DNA of 64,000 nucleotides from Candidatus Bathyarchaeia archaeon (GTDB lineage: Archaea; Thermoproteota; Bathyarchaeia; Bathyarchaeales; Bathycorpusculaceae): positions 64,001 through 128,000 of the forward strand of contig JBEKSS010000003.1 in the NCBI GenBank assembly GCA_049516875.1, read 5' to 3'. Both the position numbers and the translations under genes were made by a program. Positions 31,072 through 40,175 of the stretch are shown in pieces. Position 1 is the stretch's first letter; each line of letters opens with the position of its first letter. The notes under the pieces are model-generated. The model was given only the letters and a program-made list of their open reading frames with translations, did not search any database and was not told where the DNA came from.

Positions 31072-31587
31072 GTGTATCCATTCGCCACAGTCTCTAGAGG
31101 GAAAACCTTGAAGTTAAAAGACAGCGTACAATCCTGGCTAACAGGCTCCATCAACGACCCGATTGTGAGAATCATCGCCAAAAATAGTCACTTAACCAAA
31201 ACCCAGCTCGAAACACTGCTCATAGACATTTTGTCTGAGAATATTGCTGGGAAACCGTTGAAATACGATGAAAAGGCCAGCTTAAGGCTAACCAAGGCCA
31301 AAATAAGCCGCGGAGCGTTTAACAGGACTCTGCGACAGGCCAAAGGAAACGTCATAAAATCCATCTACACAGTGTTACTCTTAGGGTACTTGGGAGTCTT
31401 TGAGAGCACAACTCTCGACCCCTACCTCGAAATCGCGAACAAACTGCACGAGTACCTCGAAGCGTACAAAGACATCCCGAACAAAGGCGAGGAGCTAAGT
31501 GACCACCTGAAAGTCATAGAAATGATACGAGAACAGCTGGAAACAAGTCTAAAACAGCTCTCAAGTCCATCAGAAACCGTCACGTGA
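31072..31587 (+). CDS. Origin-linked hypothetical protein, probable HTH
   Basis: SHLTKTQLETLL...KISRGAFNRTLRQAK resembles an HTH recognition helix; clean 171-aa ORF. Confidence 0.7.
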   Translation: MYPFATVSRGKTLKLKDSVQSWLTGSINDPIVRIIAKNSHLTKTQLETLLIDILSENIAGKPLKYDEKASLRLTKAKISRGAFNRTLRQAKGNVIKSIYTVLLLGYLGVFESTTLDPYLEIANKLHEYLEAYKDIPNKGEELSDHLKVIEMIREQLETSLKQLSSPSETVT

Positions 31588-31872
31588 CGTCACAAATCAC
31601 ACCTCCAAACATGGTTCTACAGGCCACATGACACCGGAAAATGGCATGACACAATCCAAGGCCGCAAACTTGAAAAGGACCACGAATTCGGCTTCTACAA
31701 GAACCCACGACGGGGCACAGAATTGGTCAACATCTGTCACTCAAACGGTGATGTGTGACGTCATGAAGGGTCGCATTGATGATGATCACCATAAGCCTTA
31801 AATTCTCAATGGTAAACTTGTGATGTGTGACGCAACATGTGTGAATCACACACAGTCACGCGAGAATCACAG
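31578..31872. promoter_or_regulatory. Array of GTGA/TCAC motifs (putative protein-binding sites)
   Basis: gtgatgtgtgacg at 31748 and 31820, inverted cgtcacaaatcac at 31588, palindromes cgtcacgtgacg (31578) and tgtgtgaatcacaca (31838). Confidence 0.65.
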
Positions 31873-31883
31873 AGGCGCGCGAG

Positions 31884-32597
31884 TTGCCAGATGTATTGCT
31901 TGTCCTCTTGAGCATATTGCTTGCTACGACTATCATCGCGGCAGTTGAGTACTATAGACAACTTCGCAGGGCGCAAAAAGAGTATGAGAAGGCTAGAGAC
32001 GCTGTTGAAGATATAGTGTTGAGTTTCAATAGGCAGTTCAAACATGAAGCCGACAAACTAGAAGCTCTCGGATATAAGATTGAGGCTGCCGCTTCGAGGA
32101 CTGATGGTGCTGTGAGGAAAGCAGAAGAACTTGACGGAATGATGAGAGCCCTCGAAAGTAGAATTGCCACGGACTCAGAGGACAGAAGAAGTATGTCCAT
32201 GCACTTGGCTGACCTTGAAAGAAAGGCGTCTGATTCTGTTGCATCGCAAGGGACAATTGCGTCCAAGATTGCCAGTCTGGAGGAACAGGCTAACCAGTTC
32301 AGGCTAGCCCCTGAAACGCATTTTGAAGGTGTGATACCATTAAAGAGAGAAAAGGCCATGGCCCAGCTGACTGACACTGAAGTATCAGTTCTGGAGTTGC
32401 TGGTTTCTGAAGGGGCTAAGACCGCGCCAGAAATCAAGGAAAGAGTCAAGCTCAGTCGGGAACACACCGCCCGACTGATGAAGAAGCTTTATGAGGAAGG
32501 ATATTTGGAAAGGGAAACTGGGAAGATTCCATTCAAGTATACCGTCAAGAAAGAAATGGAGAAACTTTTGAAGAAAACCGAAAGCGAAGCAACGTGA
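31884..32597 (+). CDS. Membrane-anchored coiled-coil protein with C-terminal winged helix
   Basis: N-terminal TM (VLLVLLSILLATTIIAAV), long heptad-like region, LTDTEVSVLELL...LSREHTARLMKKLYEEGYLER wHTH. Confidence 0.8.
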   Translation: MPDVLLVLLSILLATTIIAAVEYYRQLRRAQKEYEKARDAVEDIVLSFNRQFKHEADKLEALGYKIEAAASRTDGAVRKAEELDGMMRALESRIATDSEDRRSMSMHLADLERKASDSVASQGTIASKIASLEEQANQFRLAPETHFEGVIPLKREKAMAQLTDTEVSVLELLVSEGAKTAPEIKERVKLSREHTARLMKKLYEEGYLERETGKIPFKYTVKKEMEKLLKKTESEAT

Positions 32598-32850
32598 TCG
32601 CGACTTTTTCTTGAAGTAATGTGCTGCAAGTGTAATAAGGGGCGGGTAGCTGATTTGTCACGAGCAAGGCTACAAGACATGTCGGCTTCTCACTAGTTGG
32701 AAGAAGAACCCAATGCGGGTGCAAGGAGTAAGAGAGTTGCTCGATTCTCAACGAAGTGTGCGGTGTCGAGCATAAAGATTGCAGTCGTCTCGCAGGCCAA
32801 TATGATTAACGGAGCCACGGGTTCTGACAGGAAACTCCATGGCAACTGAA

Positions 32851-33279
32851 TCAGGTCATCTTTTGTTTTACAGTTGCTTGTGGAACACCTTGCGTTGCCT
32901 TATATCTCAGGTTGGTGGAAGACCCCGTTTTCAGGACCACTCCTTTCGTCGCCATCCTAGAAAGGTATGTAGCCACGGTGCTAAGACTTATGGGTTCTTT
33001 GAGTTCCTGTTCATAGACGGATTGGACTTCCCGCGAGGAAAACCAGACAACCGGAAAGTGCCTCTGGACGATGACCCGAACTTTATCGCACTTTGAAAGC
33101 TCGCTCCCCGGGACCATGGATCCGGCCCCAGGATTGCCACCGCCGGGCATTCCACCCAGCAACTCTACCAAGTCCAAGAGGCGCAAAGCCTTGTCCCTAG
33201 TCACTTGCCCCTCGAAACTTATCGAGTAGCGATTGCCCTCAGTGTCGAACAGATCCACGCGTATTTTTCTCGCAGGCAT
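32851..33279 (-). CDS. Origin-adjacent winged-helix protein
   Basis: N-terminal beta module (KIRVDLFD...YSISFEG), Gly-rich linker, FSSREV...ISLSTVATYLSRMATKGVV wHTH; ATG at 33279. Confidence 0.78.
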   Translation of the reverse strand: MPARKIRVDLFDTEGNRYSISFEGQVTRDKALRLLDLVELLGGMPGGGNPGAGSMVPGSELSKCDKVRVIVQRHFPVVWFSSREVQSVYEQELKEPISLSTVATYLSRMATKGVVLKTGSSTNLRYKATQGVPQATVKQKMT

Positions 33280-33475
33280 GAGTAGTGTGCACCTTAAGAT
33301 GGTGTTCACAATTTTACAGTTCACAAGTTATAGGTGTTACGGTGAATACTCTCACAGTAAAAACCAAGGAAAAGGCAGGACAACTGAAATAGAGCCTGAT
33401 GCGCAGTGCCCTTGGCGTCACAGCCGTCACACTGCTGCAAACAGAGCAGAGTTGACCTGGCTGGGCGCAGATGCG

Positions 33476-34065
33476 ATTCTCCAGTAGAAAGCTAGGGGTG
33501 GCCTATTCACAAGAATAAGCCGTAAAGCAGTCAATAAATCAAGTAATAAGGCTGAGAAAGAGACATTACTGAGTCAAGTTCACAAGGTCTTCACAAAAAG
33601 TGAACGAGACAAGTGTTACTAGGGCGTGTATTAGTCGTTCTTTCCCAGTGTTATGTTGTAAATATATCAGTGAACATCCGTGAGACTATATTGGTATACA
33701 AAACATCAACATTCATTCCAGGGAGTTTGGAGTGAGAGCCACCCCTTGCTTTCCATTGGAGAATGCTAGCGAGTTTCTTGGCGCCGCTTGTGTGTGCAAT
33801 TTTTTCTAGTGTGTATCTAAAATCTTTAACAGTGATCATTATAATAAGTTCAAGGTAGTTACCGTTCAGAGTATATTTCTTACAGAGAAAGAAATCAACA
33901 TTATTTTGAAAATTAAGACAGAGTTCCAGTAGAAATTGTGGGGCGTGTGCATGATTGAAAAGGATAGCGCCATAGTGAAGTTGCTTTTCTTTTAGGATCG
34001 TGGTGTTGTGCATTTAGTTTTCTGTATGACACAGCTTATTCCTCTACACAGGAAAGGGGGGTGTT
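33476..34065. other. Putative replication origin (oriC) with ORB elements
   Basis: Inverted pair attctccagtagaaagctaggggtgg (33476-33501, +) and attctccaatggaaagcaaggggtgg (33739-33764, -); third gttccagtagaaattgtgggg (33923-33943); AT-rich spacers; directly upstream of cdc6. Confidence 0.85.
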
Positions 34066-34092
34066 GCCTTTGAAAACCGAGGAGGAGTTAGG

Positions 34093-35334
34093 ATGAGTGA
34101 TGTTGATGCTCTCAATGATGTTTTCGAGAGGTTTGTAAGTAACGCGAGGATTTTCAAGGATCGGGAAGTGTTGCGTCACGATTATCTTCCTGACAGACTT
34201 CCTCATCGAGAAGAACAGATTAGACGTCTCGGTGAAACTGTGGCTCCCGTGCTTAAGGGTGCGAGGGGCTCCAATCTATTCATTTATGGGAAAACAGGCA
34301 CAGGCAAAACGGCCGTGACAAGGTACGTGCTCAGTCACCTTGAGTTTAGAGCGAAGGAGTTCAACGCGCCCGTTAAGTTTTGTTACGTCAATTGTCGTAT
34401 GGCTGGATCTGACTATCGCGTCTTTGCGAGTCTGTGTCAAAGCATGGGTGTGTCTATTCCTTTCACGGGTTTGTCTGTCGGTGAGGTGTTTGATAGGTTC
34501 AGGGCTGGGCTTGATGTTTCAAGGGTCATCCTCATCATCGTGTTGGACGAGGCTGACGCGCTGGTCAAGGCCCGCGGTGATCGTCTTCTCTACGAGTTAA
34601 CGAGGATAAATGAAACCCTGGGCAAAAGCAAGGTGACCCTTATCGGCATTTCAAATGACCTTCGGTTCAAGGAGTTTCTCGACCCTCGAGTGCTCAGTTC
34701 GCTCAGTGAAGAGGAGATTGTTTTCAGGCCTTACGATGCCAGCGAGCTGAGGAACATCCTTTCGGAACGTGCGAGGACAGCTTTTTGCGATAATGCGCTG
34801 TCTGACGCTGCTCTTGGTCTCTGTGCTGCATTAGCCGCCGCTGAGCATGGGGATGCAAGGCGAGCCCTGGATCTGCTGCGTGTGGCCGGCGAAGTTGCGG
34901 AGCGAAAGGGAGCGAGTGTCGTTGTCGAGGAACACGTGCGCGACGCTGAGAGGCATATTGAGCATAACCGCGTGTTCGAAGGGCTTCAGAATCTGACCTT
35001 GCACTCTAAGCTTGTCGTTTTGAGCGTTTATCACCTGAGCAGGGCAAACGTCAGCGGCGCGATTACTGGTGAAATCTCCGAAATATATGATGAACTGTGT
35101 GCTGAACTGGGCGTCACGCCCCTGACACAACGTCGGTTGAGCACATTGGTGAACGAGCTTGATGCCATGGGATTGGTCAATGCGAAGGTTGTGAGCATGG
35201 GGAGATATGGTCGTACAAAGAAGATAAGGTTAGAGATTCAACGAAGCACTGTCAAAGATGTGTTTGCTGGCGACAGCAGGCTCGGGCGTCTAATCGAGTA
35301 TAGTGCAAAATGCCTCTCAAAGCATACCAACTGA
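34093..35334 (+). CDS. cdc6: Orc1/Cdc6 replication initiator
   Basis: LPHREEQI, GKTGTGKT Walker A, VLDEAD Walker B, GDARRALDLL, C-terminal wHTH with GRYGRTK. Confidence 0.97.
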   Translation: MSDVDALNDVFERFVSNARIFKDREVLRHDYLPDRLPHREEQIRRLGETVAPVLKGARGSNLFIYGKTGTGKTAVTRYVLSHLEFRAKEFNAPVKFCYVNCRMAGSDYRVFASLCQSMGVSIPFTGLSVGEVFDRFRAGLDVSRVILIIVLDEADALVKARGDRLLYELTRINETLGKSKVTLIGISNDLRFKEFLDPRVLSSLSEEEIVFRPYDASELRNILSERARTAFCDNALSDAALGLCAALAAAEHGDARRALDLLRVAGEVAERKGASVVVEEHVRDAERHIEHNRVFEGLQNLTLHSKLVVLSVYHLSRANVSGAITGEISEIYDELCAELGVTPLTQRRLSTLVNELDAMGLVNAKVVSMGRYGRTKKIRLEIQRSTVKDVFAGDSRLGRLIEYSAKCLSKHTN

Positions 35335-35405
35335 AACATGAAAGTGAGCTAAAAGCTACGAATCGAGAGCAAATGTTGGGACCGCGCTCGAAAAAGTCTA
35401 GGCTC

Positions 35406-36971
35406 TCACGCGAATGGAATGACTGTGACTTCCATGGATTGGAGGTTCACGACTGGAACCTTAGCCGGTGTTGGTGTAAAGTTGTTTCTCCGCATGTAGT
35501 CTGTTTGTTCTTGCCAACATCCTGAGTTCACAATCAAGACGCCACGGTAGTTAGCGTACTCTAGCGCGTGCACATGCCCAGCATGGAAAATGTCCGGGAC
35601 TCGCTGGATTACAAGCGGGTCCCTGTTTTCGGGCGATAAGGGTGTTTTCCCTCCATATAGTGGTGCCAAGTGACGGCTTTGCAAAAGCAGTCTCATCGCT
35701 TTCTCAGGGTGGCTGTGGGTCATATCTGGCACCGTTGAAATTACATCGTCCAAGCTGCGCCCATGGAATACTAAGATCTCTACACCGTGGAGGCTGAGAG
35801 TGCATGGACTGCCCAGAGAATAGACTTTTCTTGACTCCTGCAGACTTTCAAGGAAGGTGTTTGCTATTGCTGGTTGAGGTAGGGCTTTTCTCGGAGCATC
35901 GTGGTTTCCCGGCGTGACGATTACTTCTATGTAGTCTGGGATTTGTTCAAGGTACTTGGAAGCGAGCCTGTACTGTTTGTGCACGTCCCTGATGGCCAAC
36001 TCTCTTACCTGGTTGGGATACACTCCCACACCGTCAACGATGTCGCCTGCTATCAAGACGTATTTGACGTGACTTGCAATTTCTCTTGTCTTTTCGTTGC
36101 CGTATTTACCGTTAAGCCACAGTATGAAACGGTCAAAGGCTTCTCGCGTGAATTTCGTGCTGCCCACATGCATGTCTGAGGTAAGGACTGCGTAGACTGG
36201 TACCAGAGCTTTGTGTGGGGTTTTTTGGGCTACGTCTGGTAGGATGATGTCTTCAGCGATGAGCAGGTTGCTTCTTGTTTTTACCACGCCCAAGCAGACA
36301 GTCTGATCGAGCATAAGGAACCGTGCCTTTTTCTGGAGGTCGGATGATGCGTCCTGGGGCACAAGCACGACCATGCTTGCCGTTAAATCCTCGACCGTGA
36401 GTATTATCTTCTGTTTCGACTCTCTCTTTTCGGTTATCATACCGATTATTTTGAGTCTTGTCCCTGACTGGGCCCTCAGTGCATCCATGACCGACGCGGC
36501 GCTTTTCACGTCCATCCTCTGTCTGAGCAGTTTCTCCGTCTGTCTGAACCTGTCTTGGAAATATTCTAGGAAGTCTTCGATTGTTCCGTTTGAGCTCAGT
36601 TTAGTGCTTGGGTCGTCAATTATGTTGATGCTTGCGTCAACATCTTTTGCGTAGGGGTGGAAGGGCATCTTGTCTTCTGTTATTTGTGGCGTTTGTTGTC
36701 CTATCTGTGGTTGGGAGCGGTTTTGTGAGGGTTCGCTGATGATTTCTTTTGTCGGTTTCTCCGTTTCAATTATCTGTTCTAAGAAATTCCTTTCGATGAA
36801 GAATGGTCTTTCTCCGAGTTCTTCTAGCTGTTTGATTGCTTTGCTCATGACTTCCGCTGGGTCTTCCGTCGCCATTATTATGTTTAGGAATTCGAAGGCT
36901 TCTTTATTTAGCTGGTATCCTGCCGCAAGGGTTAATTTCACAGCTTTTTGCAGTTTTTCTGCTTCGCTCAC
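35406..36971 (-). CDS. polB: DNA polymerase D small subunit DP1 (proofreading exonuclease)
   Basis: OB fold plus SDMHVGS, AGDIVDG, PGNHD, HGRS, GHVH phosphoesterase motifs. Confidence 0.96.
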   Translation of the reverse strand: MSEAEKLQKAVKLTLAAGYQLNKEAFEFLNIIMATEDPAEVMSKAIKQLEELGERPFFIERNFLEQIIETEKPTKEIISEPSQNRSQPQIGQQTPQITEDKMPFHPYAKDVDASINIIDDPSTKLSSNGTIEDFLEYFQDRFRQTEKLLRQRMDVKSAASVMDALRAQSGTRLKIIGMITEKRESKQKIILTVEDLTASMVVLVPQDASSDLQKKARFLMLDQTVCLGVVKTRSNLLIAEDIILPDVAQKTPHKALVPVYAVLTSDMHVGSTKFTREAFDRFILWLNGKYGNEKTREIASHVKYVLIAGDIVDGVGVYPNQVRELAIRDVHKQYRLASKYLEQIPDYIEVIVTPGNHDAPRKALPQPAIANTFLESLQESRKVYSLGSPCTLSLHGVEILVFHGRSLDDVISTVPDMTHSHPEKAMRLLLQSRHLAPLYGGKTPLSPENRDPLVIQRVPDIFHAGHVHALEYANYRGVLIVNSGCWQEQTDYMRRNNFTPTPAKVPVVNLQSMEVTVIPFA

Positions 36972-37425
36972 ACTCTGAGTTCTCCATTCTTGCTTTCTGG
37001 CGACTACTACGAAGCCTTCTTCCTCGCCCCGTTATAGCCTCTATTCGGCTCAGCAGATGCAGATATTCCGTCAACGCGGCTGTTTCGTCGTCTCTCATGA
37101 GAGAGAACGCGTTCTTTTCGGGGCGGATGACTTCTATTGTTCTGTATCCTTTTTCTTCTATTAACATGTTTAGCTTTGCAGCGCGCATCGTTAATTTCGC
37201 CATTGCTGTGAGTCTCGGTGGTATCTGGATAGGTTAAGCTTGATTTTCAGGTATCTGTTTCTCTAGAGTGTCACATCTGTTGGGTTTTCTGTTTTTCGAG
37301 TTAGACATGTGCCGATTATACTTCGGCTCTTCAGTTGTAACATCAATACATTAATCTATACGTCCGGTTTCTTGTTCAGACGTCTAAATCCTCCTATATC
37401 GAGAATCTCATGGTTGGTGATATTC

Positions 37426-38409
37426 ATGAGTGAAATGCGCAAGGTGCAACGTACTCCAGGTGGAACTTTTTTCGTGTGCCTGCCAAAGTCTTGGGCTGAG
37501 CAGTACGGCTTGAAGAAGGGATCAATTCTCGCTCTGAGCGAGACCGGTGACGGTAAGCTCCTTATAGACACTAAACACGGTGTTGAGCCTTCGCCGCGAG
37601 TTGTCACCTTGAAACCCGGACCCTATTTAGGTCGTGAAATCATAGGAACCTACCTGCTTGGTTTTGATGTAATTCGCATTGAGGGAAAAGAACGCATTAG
37701 CTTTGAGATGCGTGACATTATTAAGAGTGCGGTTAGCCACCTAGTCGGACTGGAAATAGTTGAGGAGGATTATGCCAGCATCGTTCTACAGTGTTTGTTG
37801 GAACCTTCAGGTTTTCCGCCCGAAAAGATTCTGCGCCGTGGATACACTATTGCTGCTAGTATGCACAGAGACGTTGCCAAAGCTTTCGTCGATGGCGATG
37901 TTCCGTTGGCGAAGAGCGTAATGGCAAGGGATGACGAAGGCAACAGACTCTACTTCCTTCTTGTTCGTATTCTTCGGACGATAATTCAGAACCCACGCCT
38001 GAGTGAAAAACTGGGTGTCGGCCCGATTGAATGCTTGGATTACCGCTTGGCCGCGAGCCTTGTGGAAGCGATTGGCGACGAGTGCGTGCGCGTATCCATG
38101 AAAACGGTTGAATTAGACGGTGAGAAACTGGACGAAAACCTAAGGAAACAGTTTCTAGCTTTTGACGCGATTTGCTTCGGGGCTCATGAAGACGCTCTAA
38201 CGGCTTTTTTAACGGGCGCCATAGATCTGGCAGAGAAAGTTCGGGGGACGCGAGACAAGATTGAGAAAGAGTTTGCCAAAATCGAAGAAGTTGCTAGAGC
38301 ACAGTCACTTGACATTGTGACCCAAATATTATCAGCAGCCTCATTTCTGAGACAAATCTATGAGCACAGCGTGGACATAGCTGACTTGGCGGTTCCCAAA
38401 AAATCTTAG
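37426..38409 (+). CDS. AbrB-PhoU phosphate uptake regulator
   Basis: RKVQRTPGGTFFVCLPKSW AbrB domain followed by PhoU helical repeats; ATG 37426 after GGTGA. Confidence 0.9.
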   Translation: MSEMRKVQRTPGGTFFVCLPKSWAEQYGLKKGSILALSETGDGKLLIDTKHGVEPSPRVVTLKPGPYLGREIIGTYLLGFDVIRIEGKERISFEMRDIIKSAVSHLVGLEIVEEDYASIVLQCLLEPSGFPPEKILRRGYTIAASMHRDVAKAFVDGDVPLAKSVMARDDEGNRLYFLLVRILRTIIQNPRLSEKLGVGPIECLDYRLAASLVEAIGDECVRVSMKTVELDGEKLDENLRKQFLAFDAICFGAHEDALTAFLTGAIDLAEKVRGTRDKIEKEFAKIEEVARAQSLDIVTQILSAASFLRQIYEHSVDIADLAVPKKS

Positions 38410-38420
38410 GGGTGTTCTTC

Positions 38421-39641
38421 CTAAGAGGGAAGCTTGTCTACTTTTTGTGGCTGTTTTGCAAGTGAAACTTTTTCCCCTAGCCTCAATTCATCAGTATACT
38501 GAACTTCGCCGTACACGTCACAGTGGGATTCGATTGTGATTCTCTGTCCGTAGATGTTGTTCGCGCTTGCACCTGTCCGCAGAAGGATTTCTTTTCCATA
38601 GACATTTTCTGCACGCGCATCCCTGTCGATGACGACTACGTCTGCGTGTATGGGGCCGTGTACTTCGCCTCTCCTTCCTATTTCGACGACGCGCGCAGTC
38701 ACACCTTCGCTCGTGGTGATTGAACCACCGACTTCCACGCGCTCCTCTGCTGCGATTTTGCGTGCGCGGACTGTTCCACCGATCTCGATGTCTCTTGTTG
38801 CGATATCATCACTGACACTTACTCTTCCTCCTACCTCCAGCCTTCCTGAGAGCTTTAGGGAGCCGTCGATGTCAACTTCGCCTCCAACTTCCATATGGCA
38901 ACCTTGAGTCAAGCCTGCTATCTCGACAGTTCCTCCCACGTCGATTTCCTCAAACTCCAAGTCCCCGTCAACCCTGAATGAACCTCCGACATCTATCTCG
39001 CCTCCTTTGTTCTTCCCGGCGAGCCTTACCGTGCCGCCTACGTCTATTTCCTCAAATTCCAGAGGGCTAACCGACTCAAAAGTGCCGCCTACGTCTATTT
39101 CACGAATTCTTCCTCCCGTGACCCTCGCAGTGCCTCCTACTTCCAAGCTTTTAACATCTGCCTTGGATCTTATTGTGAGACTTCCTCCTACCTCGATGCT
39201 CTCTGCAGTAACTTCACCTTTCGCTTCAAAGGCGCCACCGATTTCTACGTCTTCAGCCTTCACGTTTCCATCAACCTTCAAGCTCCCTCCCACTTCAACT
39301 TTCCCAACAGAGAGGCTTTTGCTCACATGCAAGGTGTCGTCGACGTCAATGTCGCTTGCGGTCATGTTCCCGTCGACCTCCAGACTGCCATCTTCAACTT
39401 CAACCTCATCTCTTATTTCTAGGTCTCCGTGAACTGTCACGCTGTTTTCGGCTTCAAGGTTTTCCGCGGACAGGCTGCATTCGAAGGTGTCATCTCCTTC
39501 ACAATAAACGGTGCCAGAGACCGTTACTCTGGGTTGTGGAGGAGACCCTTTCACGGTTACATGTCGTCCGATTTCAAGGTCTCCGTTCACGTTGTCTAGT
39601 GTAAGTGTGCTTCTTGAAGGAACCGATGTCCTGTTAGTCAT
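38421..39641 (-). CDS. Bactofilin-like beta-helix repeat protein
   Basis: About 12 tandem ~17-aa units with (E/D)(V/I)GG core; ATG 39641 after GGAGG. Confidence 0.75.
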   Translation of the reverse strand: MTNRTSVPSRSTLTLDNVNGDLEIGRHVTVKGSPPQPRVTVSGTVYCEGDDTFECSLSAENLEAENSVTVHGDLEIRDEVEVEDGSLEVDGNMTASDIDVDDTLHVSKSLSVGKVEVGGSLKVDGNVKAEDVEIGGAFEAKGEVTAESIEVGGSLTIRSKADVKSLEVGGTARVTGGRIREIDVGGTFESVSPLEFEEIDVGGTVRLAGKNKGGEIDVGGSFRVDGDLEFEEIDVGGTVEIAGLTQGCHMEVGGEVDIDGSLKLSGRLEVGGRVSVSDDIATRDIEIGGTVRARKIAAEERVEVGGSITTSEGVTARVVEIGRRGEVHGPIHADVVVIDRDARAENVYGKEILLRTGASANNIYGQRITIESHCDVYGEVQYTDELRLGEKVSLAKQPQKVDKLPS

Positions 39642-39712
39642 TTCACACCCTCCATATTGGACATGCTGTACCACTTTAAAAGGGGCACTCACATTTGGTG
39701 ACTAGTAGCTCC

Positions 39713-39946
39713 TCATTGAAGCATCTGCATTCTTCTGAGGGAGACTTCTGCTTCTTTGAACACTGCAAATCCATGGTATGCTGTGGAATCGTGAATACTT
39801 CCGTACGTAGTGCAGGATGCAGATTCGTTTACACGATGATTGAGTCCTAGGATGTTGCGGACGATGCCCAACAGTCCAGTTCCGTGAGCGATTTTATTGC
39901 TATCTCTCCCGCTCCAACCCATTCTGCTTCTAACATGTCTTGCCAT
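39713..39946 (-). CDS. Small hypothetical protein
   Basis: GAGGTGG RBS before ATG 39946; co-oriented upstream of the bactofilin-like gene. Confidence 0.45.
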   Translation of the reverse strand: MARHVRSRMGWSGRDSNKIAHGTGLLGIVRNILGLNHRVNESASCTTYGSIHDSTAYHGFAVFKEAEVSLRRMQMLQ

Positions 39947-40175
39947 TCTTACCACCTCGTTTCTTTGTTGAAGATGAGTAAGCCATCGGAGCCCTTAAAA
40001 GGCGACGCACATGAGGAGAACACGTTTTGTAGTCACAAGCTGTCTGGGTGGCGCGCGCTTAGGGGAACTATGCGGCAGATTTCGTTTGGGCTGGTCTCTT
40101 TTTTTATGTGTTGAACACATTATTCGAAAGACATATTGGCAACTTGAGTAAATAGCGTAGAGTTGGGAAAGCACG

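Noticed and set aside
32600-32850. Intergenic gap starting GGGGCGGGTAGCT, superficially tRNA-like
   Set aside because: No T-arm GTTCRA or acceptor-stem partner found; hairpins alone do not support an ncRNA call
33651-34013. 120-aa minus-strand ORF
   Set aside because: Lies across the ORB elements in AT-rich origin DNA and has no protein-like motifs
36904-37203. 99-aa ORF upstream of DP1
   Set aside because: Overlaps the DP1 start by 68 bp with no recognisable family; cannot be supported, though not excluded
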